Source: a virus. Taken from it: DNA of 64,000 nucleotides. Numbering within the stretch: the stretch's first letter is position 1; each line of letters opens with the position of its first letter. A model generated the notes under the pieces. That model was not told the DNA's origin, searched no databases, and saw only the letters and a list, made by a program, of their open reading frames with translations. The stretch is from positions 64,001-128,000 of IMG/VR virus record IMGVR_UViG_3300023109_000007; one strand, 5' to 3'. The translations under genes and the position numbers were made by a program. Shown here in pieces: positions 48,701-59,500 of this stretch.

Positions 48701-51487
48701 GATATAAGAGATGGCGGATTATTCGAAGCAAGATTGCTTACACCACCAGATTCAGGTAGCGCAGGCGGCAGTGGATATACACTTGAAGGTAACAACGCAC
48801 AAGATGGTGACGAAACTACTATTACTCTTGCAACAGCAGATGATAATGACGCAGCAGCGTATACAGGGCAGCGAATTCTTATTACATCAGGTGTAGGTAC
48901 AGGACAGTATGGATATATACAATCTTACAATTCAGTAACAAAAGTAGCATCTGTTTATAAAGAAAGTAATGATGAGCCAGGTTGGGATCATGTTGTTGCA
49001 GGTACTGAAATTGCTAGTGAACTTATAAGCAGTACAACATATAGAATTGAACCAAGATTAACTGTAAATGCTCCTGCCTTTACAGCAGAACAAAAATTTA
49101 TTCCAGGAAACGGTAACTGGGTAGATGTTGCCTTTGGCGGCACAACTGAAACTTTCTTAGATATTGCAGGCGAATTTGGTACAGGAGAAACTACTGATGT
49201 AGTTGCACAAGTTGCTAGATTTAATGTTACAAAGACAGGACAAAGTTACGTTGTAACATTAAGAAGCGGTTTTGATGGAGCAGGATATGCTGTAGGCGAT
49301 ACTATTACAATTGTTGGCGCATCAGTTGGCGGTACAACACCACTTAACAATATTGTAATTACTGTCACAGAAATATCAAATGATAGTACAAACAGTATTT
49401 CAAACTTTACAACAACCGGTACAGGTACAGAAGGACGTTTTGTATCAGTACTTAAAGGTTCACTAAGTGCAGCATATTCTAGTAATGGCGGAGACTCGTG
49501 GTCACCAGCTGACTTGCCTGATTCAGGAGACTGGACAGCAGTAGCAGCAGGAAACAACAGATTTGTTGCAATTAGAGATGCATCAGCAAGAATGGCATAT
49601 AGTTTAGATGGCATAAATTGGACTAGAGGATTCTTACCACAAAACAGAGAATGGATAGATGTAATATATGCAAAGAATAAATTTGTTGCTATTGCAGCAA
49701 ACTCTCAAGATTATGCAATATCAGAAGATGGCATAACTTGGACTGAGCAAGTATTTCCAGATGTTACTTCCGGAGGAGTTGGTGACTCAACAGCAACACA
49801 ATGGCAGTCAATTACATACGGAAAAAATAAGTTTGTAGTATTATCAAATGCCGATAATGTAATTGCAACATCGCCGACAGCTGGTACAGGATCATGGACA
49901 GTTTACGAAGATGCACTTCCGGTAGTTACTGATTGGCAAAGTGTTGCATACGGTAACAACCGTTATGTTGCTATATCAAGAACAAACAGTGAAGCAGCAT
50001 ATAGTTTTGATGGCGAAACATGGACATCAGCAACTATGCCAAAACAAGACGGATCATCACATCATAACTGGACTAAAATTAGATACGGACAAGGCATATT
50101 TTTTGCAGTAGGTGATACAGGTAGTAGAGATGTTGGACAGGACCCGACTTTTGGTGAAACTACATTTGCAGCAACATCTGAAGATGGAATTATATGGACC
50201 AACAGAGAACTACCAAGCCCAAGACAAAAATATAGATCATGTGCATTTGGATCGTTTGAAGGTAGAGGCAGATGGATGCTAACAGCTGAGAATGACATTG
50301 GTGACGGAACATGTAGAGTGTTTACTGGTTGTAGAGCAAAATTGAGAGCTAATATTAATACTGGTGTGTTTAGTGAAATTAAAGTTTGGGATCCAGGTAG
50401 TGGGTATACAGCAGAAGATCCTGCTGTAATAACAATAGTTGATAACGCATTTTCAGTTGCAGTATTAACAGAAAACAGAATAGGTAACGGCGTTCTTGCA
50501 CAACCTAGCTTTGTATTTAGAGGTTTTGGATATAGAACATCTAGCACACGAGCAAACATAAGTGGTGACGGTTTTGCAGATATTATTCCAATTGGTGCAG
50601 ATATAGTTGTAGATAATTTAGACGTATATCCAGGACCAGGTGCACAGTTCTTGTTTGCAAGTATTCCAGACTTAGACACTGCTAACGAAGACGACTTAAA
50701 GATTTTCACAGTACAGCAGATAACACCACTTGGTGCTGATGATAATGGAAAATTAAAAGCAGGAATAAAACTTACACCTATTATAGAAAACTCAGACAGT
50801 CTTCAAAACGCTGTTGTAATAACAATACGTTCACGTTATTCACAGTGTCGTATTTCAGGACACGACTTCTTAGATATCGGAACAGGAAACTTTATAACAA
50901 CAAACTATCCAGATGTTTATTCAGACGGTGCTTACTTTATTGCTGCACCTGAAAACGAAGTACAAGAAGAAAACGGTGGACGAGTGTTCTATACAAGTAC
51001 AGACCAAGATGGTAACTTTAGAGCAGGTGAGTTGTTTAGTGTGCAACAGGCAACAGGTATTGTTACAATTAGTGCTGAGTTCTTTGACTTAGATGGGTTG
51101 AGTGAATTAGCACTAGGCGGAGTTAGACTTGGTGGTTCGGGTGCTGTTGTTAGAGAATTCTCAACAGATCCAAACTTTACTGAAGATAGTAACAACGTTG
51201 TTCCGACACAACGAGCAATAGCAACATTCTTGCAAAACAGACTTAGCCAAGGTGGTAGTGCTCTTGAAACAGGAACACTTATTGCAGGTGTTACACGTCT
51301 AGGTAACAAAGGAACAGAGGACCAGTATATTGACACTACAACTGGTATTGAAATATTATTACCGAGAAGAATGGTAATTGATAAAGGAGCAGAGATTAGC
51401 GGAACAATAGTTAAGCAAATGATCATTCTAAGCGAAAGCGGAAATGACTTTAGCACTGACAATGACTTTAGTGACGGTAGTTTTTAA
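45722..51487 (+). CDS. Giant fibre protein: CBM5/12-like repeats, beta-helix, Asp-box propeller
   Basis: About eight W...Y..GD.V...G..Y.C...H repeats, GDELRST, RSPYIQ, and S.DG..W Asp-boxes; paralogue of 51540+53564. Confidence 0.75.
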   Translation: MAEFNLERFKYNWTGEWTPFISYKRDDVVRHGAKSYVCVVTHTADANFYVDLDYILPNSNPPVSQPKWKVMTDGKSTFVGDWTIGNEYRLGDVTLYSGTLYYCVVAHTAAEFGAEITNWSVLAIGNKFVGSWAPTTYYGPNALVKYNGIVYKCLVGHLSQSALIGIEDEFGDDSAGKWEVFLDGVEFVGNYAGGTRYRKNDLVKYGSSIWRCTVGHSGANPIDNRYFNVEFPGQNTEGDWNADNSYQEGDLVRSGGSVYLAIASTTGEKPDFVDSSSTWLKVSHSNNFRGDWDATATYSTGDLVRRGGELFRCVRNTLNDGSTLDYLDDNDWELVVPSQNWKGPWTQDTTYGRGDIVNFFGNTYYASQSHLSTDNNFPGDNGSGFNYWDLLVQSGNTVGMNNTGDLLTYNLSRRLQGDGSTFDVTNVPIGERQQVLMVDDNETLGYEYYSKASNQLYVSLDGIDDETDTLRGSIHLPFRTVKYAAEYADKNFNGELCKIFISTGRFEETLPIIVPKNCVIMGDELRSTTIAAGSPDPDLAVDLSYRKTVIARLRAIMPNMLSGGEFEKTPGNTFDFDNTFPASDSTNTNNLQVLLDTYDDYLDFYIGSIGNVADTEGNNGADTSTEVGYARDILLNNRNFIIGEATATMDNFRADVTSANGSEDWLIGATGNLTVGLPIKFADTIGGLEANVRYYVHSIVDNITFKVSKRVGDDPVDLISEVKTVQQYYDYKAQQVTLDISLLIEALRYDLLYPGNYKTKLAARYYTNDILGSNLEDMFYFRDATGMRQCTIEGLKGVLNPPGVFEFYQRPTAGAYASLDPGWGPEDERCWIMTRSPYIQGVTTLGTACIGMKVDGALHNGGNKSMTANDFTQVLSDGIGAWIDNNGRAELVSVFTYYNQVGYLATQGGVIRATNGNNSYGRYGAVAEGIDPNEISKTATVFNRNQDAQVSAVFAGEVSDFILNLEYSNAGQNYTNANVAFTGSGAQANAVFEDIRDGGLFEARLLTPPDSGSAGGSGYTLEGNNAQDGDETTITLATADDNDAAAYTGQRILITSGVGTGQYGYIQSYNSVTKVASVYKESNDEPGWDHVVAGTEIASELISSTTYRIEPRLTVNAPAFTAEQKFIPGNGNWVDVAFGGTTETFLDIAGEFGTGETTDVVAQVARFNVTKTGQSYVVTLRSGFDGAGYAVGDTITIVGASVGGTTPLNNIVITVTEISNDSTNSISNFTTTGTGTEGRFVSVLKGSLSAAYSSNGGDSWSPADLPDSGDWTAVAAGNNRFVAIRDASARMAYSLDGINWTRGFLPQNREWIDVIYAKNKFVAIAANSQDYAISEDGITWTEQVFPDVTSGGVGDSTATQWQSITYGKNKFVVLSNADNVIATSPTAGTGSWTVYEDALPVVTDWQSVAYGNNRYVAISRTNSEAAYSFDGETWTSATMPKQDGSSHHNWTKIRYGQGIFFAVGDTGSRDVGQDPTFGETTFAATSEDGIIWTNRELPSPRQKYRSCAFGSFEGRGRWMLTAENDIGDGTCRVFTGCRAKLRANINTGVFSEIKVWDPGSGYTAEDPAVITIVDNAFSVAVLTENRIGNGVLAQPSFVFRGFGYRTSSTRANISGDGFADIIPIGADIVVDNLDVYPGPGAQFLFASIPDLDTANEDDLKIFTVQQITPLGADDNGKLKAGIKLTPIIENSDSLQNAVVITIRSRYSQCRISGHDFLDIGTGNFITTNYPDVYSDGAYFIAAPENEVQEENGGRVFYTSTDQDGNFRAGELFSVQQATGIVTISAEFFDLDGLSELALGGVRLGGSGAVVREFSTDPNFTEDSNNVVPTQRAIATFLQNRLSQGGSALETGTLIAGVTRLGNKGTEDQYIDTTTGIEILLPRRMVIDKGAEISGTIVKQMIILSESGNDFSTDNDFSDGSF

Positions 51488-51513
51488 GGAAAAATGAGCA
51501 ATCAACATATTAG

Positions 51514-51521
51514 GATAAATA
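51514..51521 (+). promoter_or_regulatory. Late promoter (GATAAATA)
   Basis: TAAATA core upstream of ATG 51540, with a GGAG SD. Confidence 0.65.
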
Positions 51522-51539
51522 CTTTGAGCGGAGTAGAAA

Positions 51540-53564
51540 ATGGCAGAATTTAAACTAGGTAGAATTAGGTTTGTCTGGAAAAACAATTGGACAACCAGTA
51601 CCACATACTATAAAGACGATGTTGTCTTTAACGGCGGCAGAATGTATATTTGTGTCATTGGACACGAAAGTCAGGCAAACTTTTATAGTGACTTTGACGT
51701 TGTTCCGCCAAAATGGAATATTGTCAGTGATGGATTTCAGTGGAAAGGTGACTGGTCAACAGGCACAGCATACATCTTTAATGACATTGTAAAATACGGC
51801 GCTCGCTTGTATGTAGCAACAGCAGTACATACATCACAAGCATCTGCTAATGACGGATTAGAAGCTGATATTGGAAACTGGGATGTCTTTGGCGAAGGCT
51901 TAGACTTCAAAAGTACATGGTCAGTAAGCACGAAATATAAAATAAACGACCTAGTTAAATATGGCGGCTATTCATATGTATGTATTACTCCACATACATC
52001 GTCAGCAACAGCATCGCTTGGTTTAGAAGCAGATCAATCTAAATGGTCCGTTCTTAATGCAGGTATTGAATACAAAGGTAACTGGCAAGGTTCTGCAACA
52101 AGATATAAAATAAATGATGTTGTTAAGTACGGTGCAAGTCTTTGGCTTGCAACAACTGCTCATTCAAGTACTAATAACTTTTCAACAGATGAGTCAAATT
52201 GGACACAGTTTGTTCAAGGTTTCCAATTTGAAGATGATTGGGATACTTACAAAGTTTACCAAAAAGGTGATGTTGTTAGATACGGTGGTAATCAGTATGT
52301 AGCATTAGAAAACCATACAGGATCACGTCCAACAGATGAAACAGATGATCCTAATAACTGGCAGCTATTTACAGAAAACTTTAGATTCTTAAACGCTTGG
52401 GGCGAAGACTCAACTAACCAAGATTATAAAGTTGGTGAAGTTGTTAAGCACGGCGGATACACATACTTGTGTATTAAAGACAGTAATAACAATGAACCAC
52501 CAGACGCAACATATTGGACAAGACTAAACAGTGGCTTTAATTGGAAGGGCGCATGGGTAGATGATTCACGTTATATATTAGGTGATGTAGTACGTTACGG
52601 ATCAAGCAGTTATGTTTGTGTAAATGCACACTGGTCAGAAGGTGATGACTTTTCAACAGTACAAGTTGGTGCAGCCGGCGGCGGAAATGAAAATTCACGT
52701 CCAGACCGAGACGCAACAGGTACATACTGGAACGTTCTAACAGTTGGTAGTGAAGCAGAATTCCTAACTACAAAAGGCGACTTAGTTTATTACGGCGGTG
52801 CAGGTCCAACAAGATTACCAGTAGGTAGCGAAGGACAAGTATTACGTGTAAGCGACGGAGCAATTCCAGAATGGTCATACTTGGGCGCAACAGACGATGT
52901 TTACTATGTTGCACCACATGGTGTTGATAAGCCTGCTCCAGATGCAGGACGCACAATTGATAAGCCTTTCAAAACTATTAGATATGCATGTGAAGCAATT
53001 GAAAATGGATCAAGAGTTCCAGCAGTTGCACGTATGTTAGAATTAAACAGACAATTTATAACAAGAGAAATTGTTGAGTGGACAGATTATCAAGTAACAA
53101 ATAACATTGCTCCTTTCACAGCAGCATTTACATATGCACAAGAAAAATGTGAAAGAGATATGGGTTTCATTGTTGACGCCTTTATATATGATTTAACACA
53201 TGGCGGAAATGTAAAATCAAGAGAAGCAGCATTACGTTATGTAAGAGATCCAGGAAAATTTTATGCACTTGGTCAAGAAGCAGAAACTGTAGCTAGTATT
53301 AACTACGGCATTGCATTGATACAAAAAGTGCTTCTAGGTGAAGCACCAGCAGTAAATTACCAAACAACAAACGGTGATAATTCAACAGCAGTAGTTGCAC
53401 AGTATTTTGATACTAACTTTACTAGCTTAGATACACTAGAATATAACGGAGCCGGAGGCTCTACAGGAACAGCATTGGGCGTTAACGCATCTATCCAAGA
53501 TCCAGATGCAACTGGTAGTGGCGGCTACGGCGGTGGCGACAATGACGGCGGAGGATACTACTAA
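51540..53564 (+). CDS. Giant fibre protein, N-terminal part (CBM5/12-like repeats)
   Basis: MAEFKLGRIRFVWK, repeated W...Y...D.VKYG..Y motifs, LTTKGDLVYY...RLPVG, and the first helical C-x-R-D repeat. Confidence 0.75.
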   Translation: MAEFKLGRIRFVWKNNWTTSTTYYKDDVVFNGGRMYICVIGHESQANFYSDFDVVPPKWNIVSDGFQWKGDWSTGTAYIFNDIVKYGARLYVATAVHTSQASANDGLEADIGNWDVFGEGLDFKSTWSVSTKYKINDLVKYGGYSYVCITPHTSSATASLGLEADQSKWSVLNAGIEYKGNWQGSATRYKINDVVKYGASLWLATTAHSSTNNFSTDESNWTQFVQGFQFEDDWDTYKVYQKGDVVRYGGNQYVALENHTGSRPTDETDDPNNWQLFTENFRFLNAWGEDSTNQDYKVGEVVKHGGYTYLCIKDSNNNEPPDATYWTRLNSGFNWKGAWVDDSRYILGDVVRYGSSSYVCVNAHWSEGDDFSTVQVGAAGGGNENSRPDRDATGTYWNVLTVGSEAEFLTTKGDLVYYGGAGPTRLPVGSEGQVLRVSDGAIPEWSYLGATDDVYYVAPHGVDKPAPDAGRTIDKPFKTIRYACEAIENGSRVPAVARMLELNRQFITREIVEWTDYQVTNNIAPFTAAFTYAQEKCERDMGFIVDAFIYDLTHGGNVKSREAALRYVRDPGKFYALGQEAETVASINYGIALIQKVLLGEAPAVNYQTTNGDNSTAVVAQYFDTNFTSLDTLEYNGAGGSTGTALGVNASIQDPDATGSGGYGGGDNDGGGYY

Positions 53565-56500
53565 TGGCTACAGTATTTGAAAGAGTACAATCGCTCGGTG
53601 AAATAATTACCGATGCAGTAACAGCAGGTGTGGATACTAATGTACCACCCAGAGAAATTAGGAACAGTTTAGTAAAAGTAGCAACAGGTACTTATACTGA
53701 AGTGCTTCCGATACGTGTTCCAGCAGAAACATGTATTATAGGTGACGAATTACGTTCAACTAACGTACAACCTAGAAAAGCAACAAACGCTACACTAACT
53801 CCTAGAAAGGACTTTAGATTTAGCCATCATGCATTAAACAGACTTACTGAAATTATTGGTGATGTTGTAGACGGTACCTCCGTAACGCCAACATCAGGAA
53901 ATAACGTAACTCAGTTTGCACAATTTCCATTAGGTCAGCCTGCAGAAAGAGATTCTGCAGAAATGCTTTCAAAAATACTAATAAGAAATATTGACTCTTC
54001 ATTACAAACACAGCTAGGAAGAGAAATTCCAGCAAGTGCTTCAACAGATGGAGATTTTCAAAAAGCAGCTGACATGATTAGTATAAACAAAGAGTTTATA
54101 CAACAAGAAGTTATTGCTTACATTAAAGACCAGTATCCAAACTTAGATTATAGTAGAACATCATGCAAAAAAGATGTTGCATTTATTTCAGATGCAGTTG
54201 TATACGACTTAGTATATACAGGTAACTGGCAAAGTATTCAAGCAGGTCTTGCATATTATGACGGTAGTACAGGTAATCTACAAATTGATAGTGAAGAAAA
54301 AACAGCAACTATTGCTGCATATACACACTTAAAAGATGTATTAAAGCAAATAGGTAGAAGTACAGCAGTTAGCCCACAGTACTCAACAGGTGGCGCAGCT
54401 CAGTTCTTAGGCGATGGCGGCTCAGTTGCAGCGTCAACAGCTATTGACGGCTTAGTAGATGATATTATTACAATAATTAATCTAGGACCTGACAATGCTC
54501 CAACAATTACATATCCAAATGTAGCAGGCGTTGCAGCAGGACTTACAGGTGCTTCAACAACATTACTTACAAAGTATACAGATATTAAAGAAGGTGCTAT
54601 TGACTTTATAAGCAAAAACTTTGGTAGCTTTAGATATAATGCTACAACTTGTCGTAGAGACTTAGGACGCATACTTACAGACGTTGCACTAGACGTTGCA
54701 TTAGGTACAAACTATAATGCAGTGTTCAACGGTATTTCATATACACGCCCTGTAAATGCATATAACTTGCAAACACAGCGTACAGAAACTTCAGGTGCTA
54801 TTAGATTTGCAAAAGGTCAAGCAGGCGCAGCATTAACTGATGCAACTGCACTTAGTAGAAGTAACGCAGCATTTGATGAAATATTAGATATCTTAGACAA
54901 TAGTTCAATTTACACAACTGGAGCAGTACCAGGTGACGGACTTGCAGATGCACTAAGTTTACCAACAGGATTAAGTTCAGCAGATCAAACAAATGCTGCT
55001 GCACAGCTAGATGCTAACAGAGTGTTTATTGCAGCTGACGTTAATGCTTATGTAGCAGCTACATATCCATCATTAACATATGACGCAGCAAAATGTGCAA
55101 GAGATGTAGGATATATATTAGATGCTTTAAGATATGATATATTATATGGCGGAAACAGTGCTTCAATAAGAATTGCTCAATCGTACTTTGGTAGCACAGG
55201 TGCAGCTTATCCAGCAGGTCAAATTACTGAAACAGCAGCAGCTTATACACATATGAAAAGTATCTTAGATGATATCATTGAAGAAACATCTATTACTCCG
55301 CAAACAGGTAATACTGAAACACAAAACACTGCAGGAACAGCAGGTACTAGTACAGAATCTACTACTGCTCAAAATAATTTACAAGTTACAATTGATGCAA
55401 TTACAGCAGGTAACACAGATAGTTTACCTACAACAGTATTTCCAAACTTAGCTACACTAGGTGTTAGTGGAACATTACAAACTGAGAAAGCTGCTATAGA
55501 TACAGCACAGCCTACTATTATACTTGATACAATACAGTATATTAATACAACATACAGTGACTTTAAATATAACCAAGCTAAGTGTATGAGAGACATTGGA
55601 TTGATTCTTGATGCTGCTCGTTACGATTGGCAGCTAGGATCTAACTTTGCAGGTATGGTTGCAGCAATGAGTTATTTGCGTAGACCAAGTGCAAAAGTTA
55701 GGGATGAACAAAAAGCAGCTTCACTAGCATCATTTAAATATGCAAAAGAACAAGCAAAATTAAATGTAGGCGGTGATGCAACAGCTATTGCAGGATTAGA
55801 AACTACATTTGAATGGATTGATAATGTATTATTTGGTGGTTCAAACGAAGGATCAAATAGACAAACTGATGAATTTAATGTATATGCAGCAAGACGTCAA
55901 TTAGAACTTAATAAAGAATTTATTAAAGAAGAACTAACAACTAAAGTTAACAACTTCTTTAAAGGTACAAGTAGTGAAATTGGCGCAGCAAACATAATTA
56001 CAATTTCAAGTACTAACTGGTTGCACTTAGGTATGGAAATTAAGTTTGATAGTATACTTACAGGTGTTCCTGAAATAGTCGAAGGTCAAACTTACTATGT
56101 ACGTACAATTGTTGACGGTACACACTTTACAATATCAGAAACATACGGCGGCGCTGAACATACACTTAATCAAAGTACTACAGGTACAATGAATATACTT
56201 CCAGTATACGAATACAACACAACATTATGTAAACGTGATATTGATTCATATATTGACGCAATTAAAGAAGATATGACATGGCCAGCTAATTATCGTAGAG
56301 ATTATACAGATAGTATTTCTTGTGTATATCCAGGTATATATAAAACACGTTATGCAGCTAGATACTATGTAAATAGTGTAATTGGTTCGCAAGAAGAAGA
56401 TTTCTACTACTTACGTAACGGTACTGGCATAAGACTACAAACGCTTCAAGGACTAGACGGCGACCTAAGTCCAAACAATGCCCTTGGCACTAAACGTCCA

Positions 56501-59500
56501 ACAGCTGGTGCTGTTTGTTCGTTAGATCCAGGTTGGGGTCCAAATGATGAAGATGTTTGGATTATTTCAAGATCACCATATGTACAAAACTGTACAACAT
56601 TTGGTAACGCAGCAGTTGGACAAAAAATTGACGGTGCGCTACACAATGGCGGTAACGACTCAATTGTTAGTAACGACTTTACACAAGTTATTAGTAACGG
56701 TATTGGTGCATGGATTACAAACAACGGTAGAGCAGAGCTTGTGTCAGTGTTTACATATTATGCACACATTGGCTACCTTGCAGAAAACGGCGGCAGAATA
56801 CGTGCTACTAACGGTAACAACTCATACGGGTCGTTTGGTTCTGTAGCAGAAGGCGTTGATCCTTTTGAAACACCAATTACAGGTATTGTTGATAACAAGT
56901 CACAATATAACGCAACTGTTGTTTCAGTAGAGAGTGATGCAGATAAACTGTTTAGCTTTGAATATTCGCATATGGGTAGTGACTATACTGTAGTTAACTA
57001 TGATATATTTGGACCAGGTGATGGTGAAGTTATTGAAGGTGACGAATTCCGTGACGATGGTGTGTTTAATGTTAGAATACTTGATTTAGATGATTCAAGT
57101 GGTGAACTAGGAGGTAGTGGTTATGTAAACGTACAAAACACTGCACAGTCTGGTACTACAACATCACTTACACTTGCAGCTACAGACGGTAACATTTCGA
57201 GTGCTTATCCAGGTATGAAAGTATTTGTTACAGGTGGTAATGGTGTTGGACAACATGCTATTGTTAAAGCATACAACTCAGGATCTAAACAAGCAGACAT
57301 TGTTAGAGAAACTGAAACAGTCTTAACAGCAGGTAGTTTTGTTACTAGTGATTTGTATAGAATTGACGAACTAGGTACAACAGACTTTACACTAATAAGT
57401 AGTTTAACAAATCCACAGCCAGGACAGATATTTTCAGCAACAGGTGCAGGCGCCGGCGACGGTAAAGCAACTAAGGTAGTTGATGGTTGGGATCATCATG
57501 TTAAAGGAACAACAATCGTTGCTCCAAACAGTAGTTCAACATATGTTATTGAACCACAAGCATTCTTTGATGCACCAACTGCTCCAAACGCAACAACAGC
57601 AGATAGAGCTCAATCAAGAACATTTGAAGATACAGTTTATGCAGAAACTGCAAAACTTTATAGCGCAGTAGGAGTTACAACTTACAGTGGTACATTTGGA
57701 GCTGATGCTACATTTAATATTACTAGAAACGGTAGCAAGTACTTTGTTGATATCGCCGGCGGCGGTAGAAACTACGCAAGATTAGAAACTATTACTCTTG
57801 CTGGTACAAGCATGGATGGTGCTACACCAGCAAACGATATTACAGTTACAGTAACATCAGTTAACTCAGCAACAGGTGCAATAACAGGCATTGACTTTGC
57901 TGGCTTTGGTAGAGCAGGACAATTTGTAAGTGTTACAGCAGGCGCTGAAGTACAATTAAGTGTCGACGGTACAACATGGACAGAAGTTACACTTCCAGGA
58001 GCAGCACCAACTGGTCAAGTAAGAATTGCAACTGGTCTTATATTTGATGGTAGTTCGTTACTACGTGATAGTGCTACAGTTATTGTTGCACAAACAAGTA
58101 CTAATGCTAATAACATTTGGTATGCTACAGACGATTTAACAAGTTGGACAAATACTACACTAACTGGTGCTACTATTAACCAACCAATTGATATTGCGTT
58201 TGGTAGTGGTAAGTTTATGGTTGTACATGCAGGTAGCGACAGTCACTTCTTTAGTGAAGATGGCGGCGTTAACTGGACAGAAAAAGCAAGCACACTTCCT
58301 GCAACAGGTTATGAATTAGTAACTTATGGACAAGGTAAGTTTGTTGCAGTTGATAAAGTTACAGCAAATGTAGCGTATATTGATCAACTACAAGCAACAC
58401 TATCAGGAACTTGGCAGATACAGACACTTCCAAATGCAGATAACTGGGCTGATATTGCTTATGGTAACAATAGATTTGTAATTGTAAGTAATAACAATAA
58501 TAGAGGTGCATTAAGTGTAGACGGCGGAGATACTTGGTCAGAGATTACACTACCATCGGGAGCGTACAGTAGTATTGCTTACGGTCAAGGTGTGTTTGGA
58601 GCAACTAGAACAGATAGTACTAATGTTGCATATTCTGAGTTTGGTAACGAATGGCAAGAAATATCTGTTGGAGACAACAGTGGTCCAATAGCATTTGGTA
58701 ATCCGCAACGTACAGGTGTGTTTAGTGTTAACGGAACTGGCGCAGGAACTACCCACAATTTACTTACAATTGGTTCAAGAGCTAGAGGTAGAGCTGGCGT
58801 AGCAAGTGAAAAAGTATTTGAAATTAGACTAACAGATCCAGGTTCAAACTATTTAGGTGCAGAAGCTCCAAAAGCATACATATATGATCCAAACAACATT
58901 TATGATGTTGTAGTTGAAACAAGAGTTGGCAAAGGTGTTGTTGGACAACCTAGCTTTGCTAATAGAGGATCAGGATTTATTAGTGCAAGTGCAGAAGTTA
59001 ATGCTGCAAGTTCAAATGGTGTTGCAGACTTCTTCCAAACAGGTACATTTGTTGCTGTAAGAAGACTTACTGAAAGACCAATTGCTGGTTCAAACGTTGT
59101 ATTTGGTAGCTTACCAGACAAGACATTTAAACTAGTTAATATTGTATCGTTTGTAGGCGATGAGCCAGGAACATATACAGCGTTCTTAAACTTATCACCA
59201 CAGATGTCAGTAGTAGATGCTCCAGTAGATGGCGATAGTGTAACACTTAGAATACGTTACTCACAAGTACGTCTAACAGGACATGATTTCTTAGACATTG
59301 GTACAGGCGGATTTCAAACTACTAATTATCCAGGACTTCCTACAATAGACCCGGATCAAACAACAGAAACAAGAGTTGGCGGCGGCGGACGGGTGTTCTT
59401 TACAACAACTGACCAAGACGGTAACTTTAGAGCAGGTGATTTGTTCAGTATTGAACAGTCAACTGGTATTGCAACGTTGAATGCTGATGCATTTAACATT

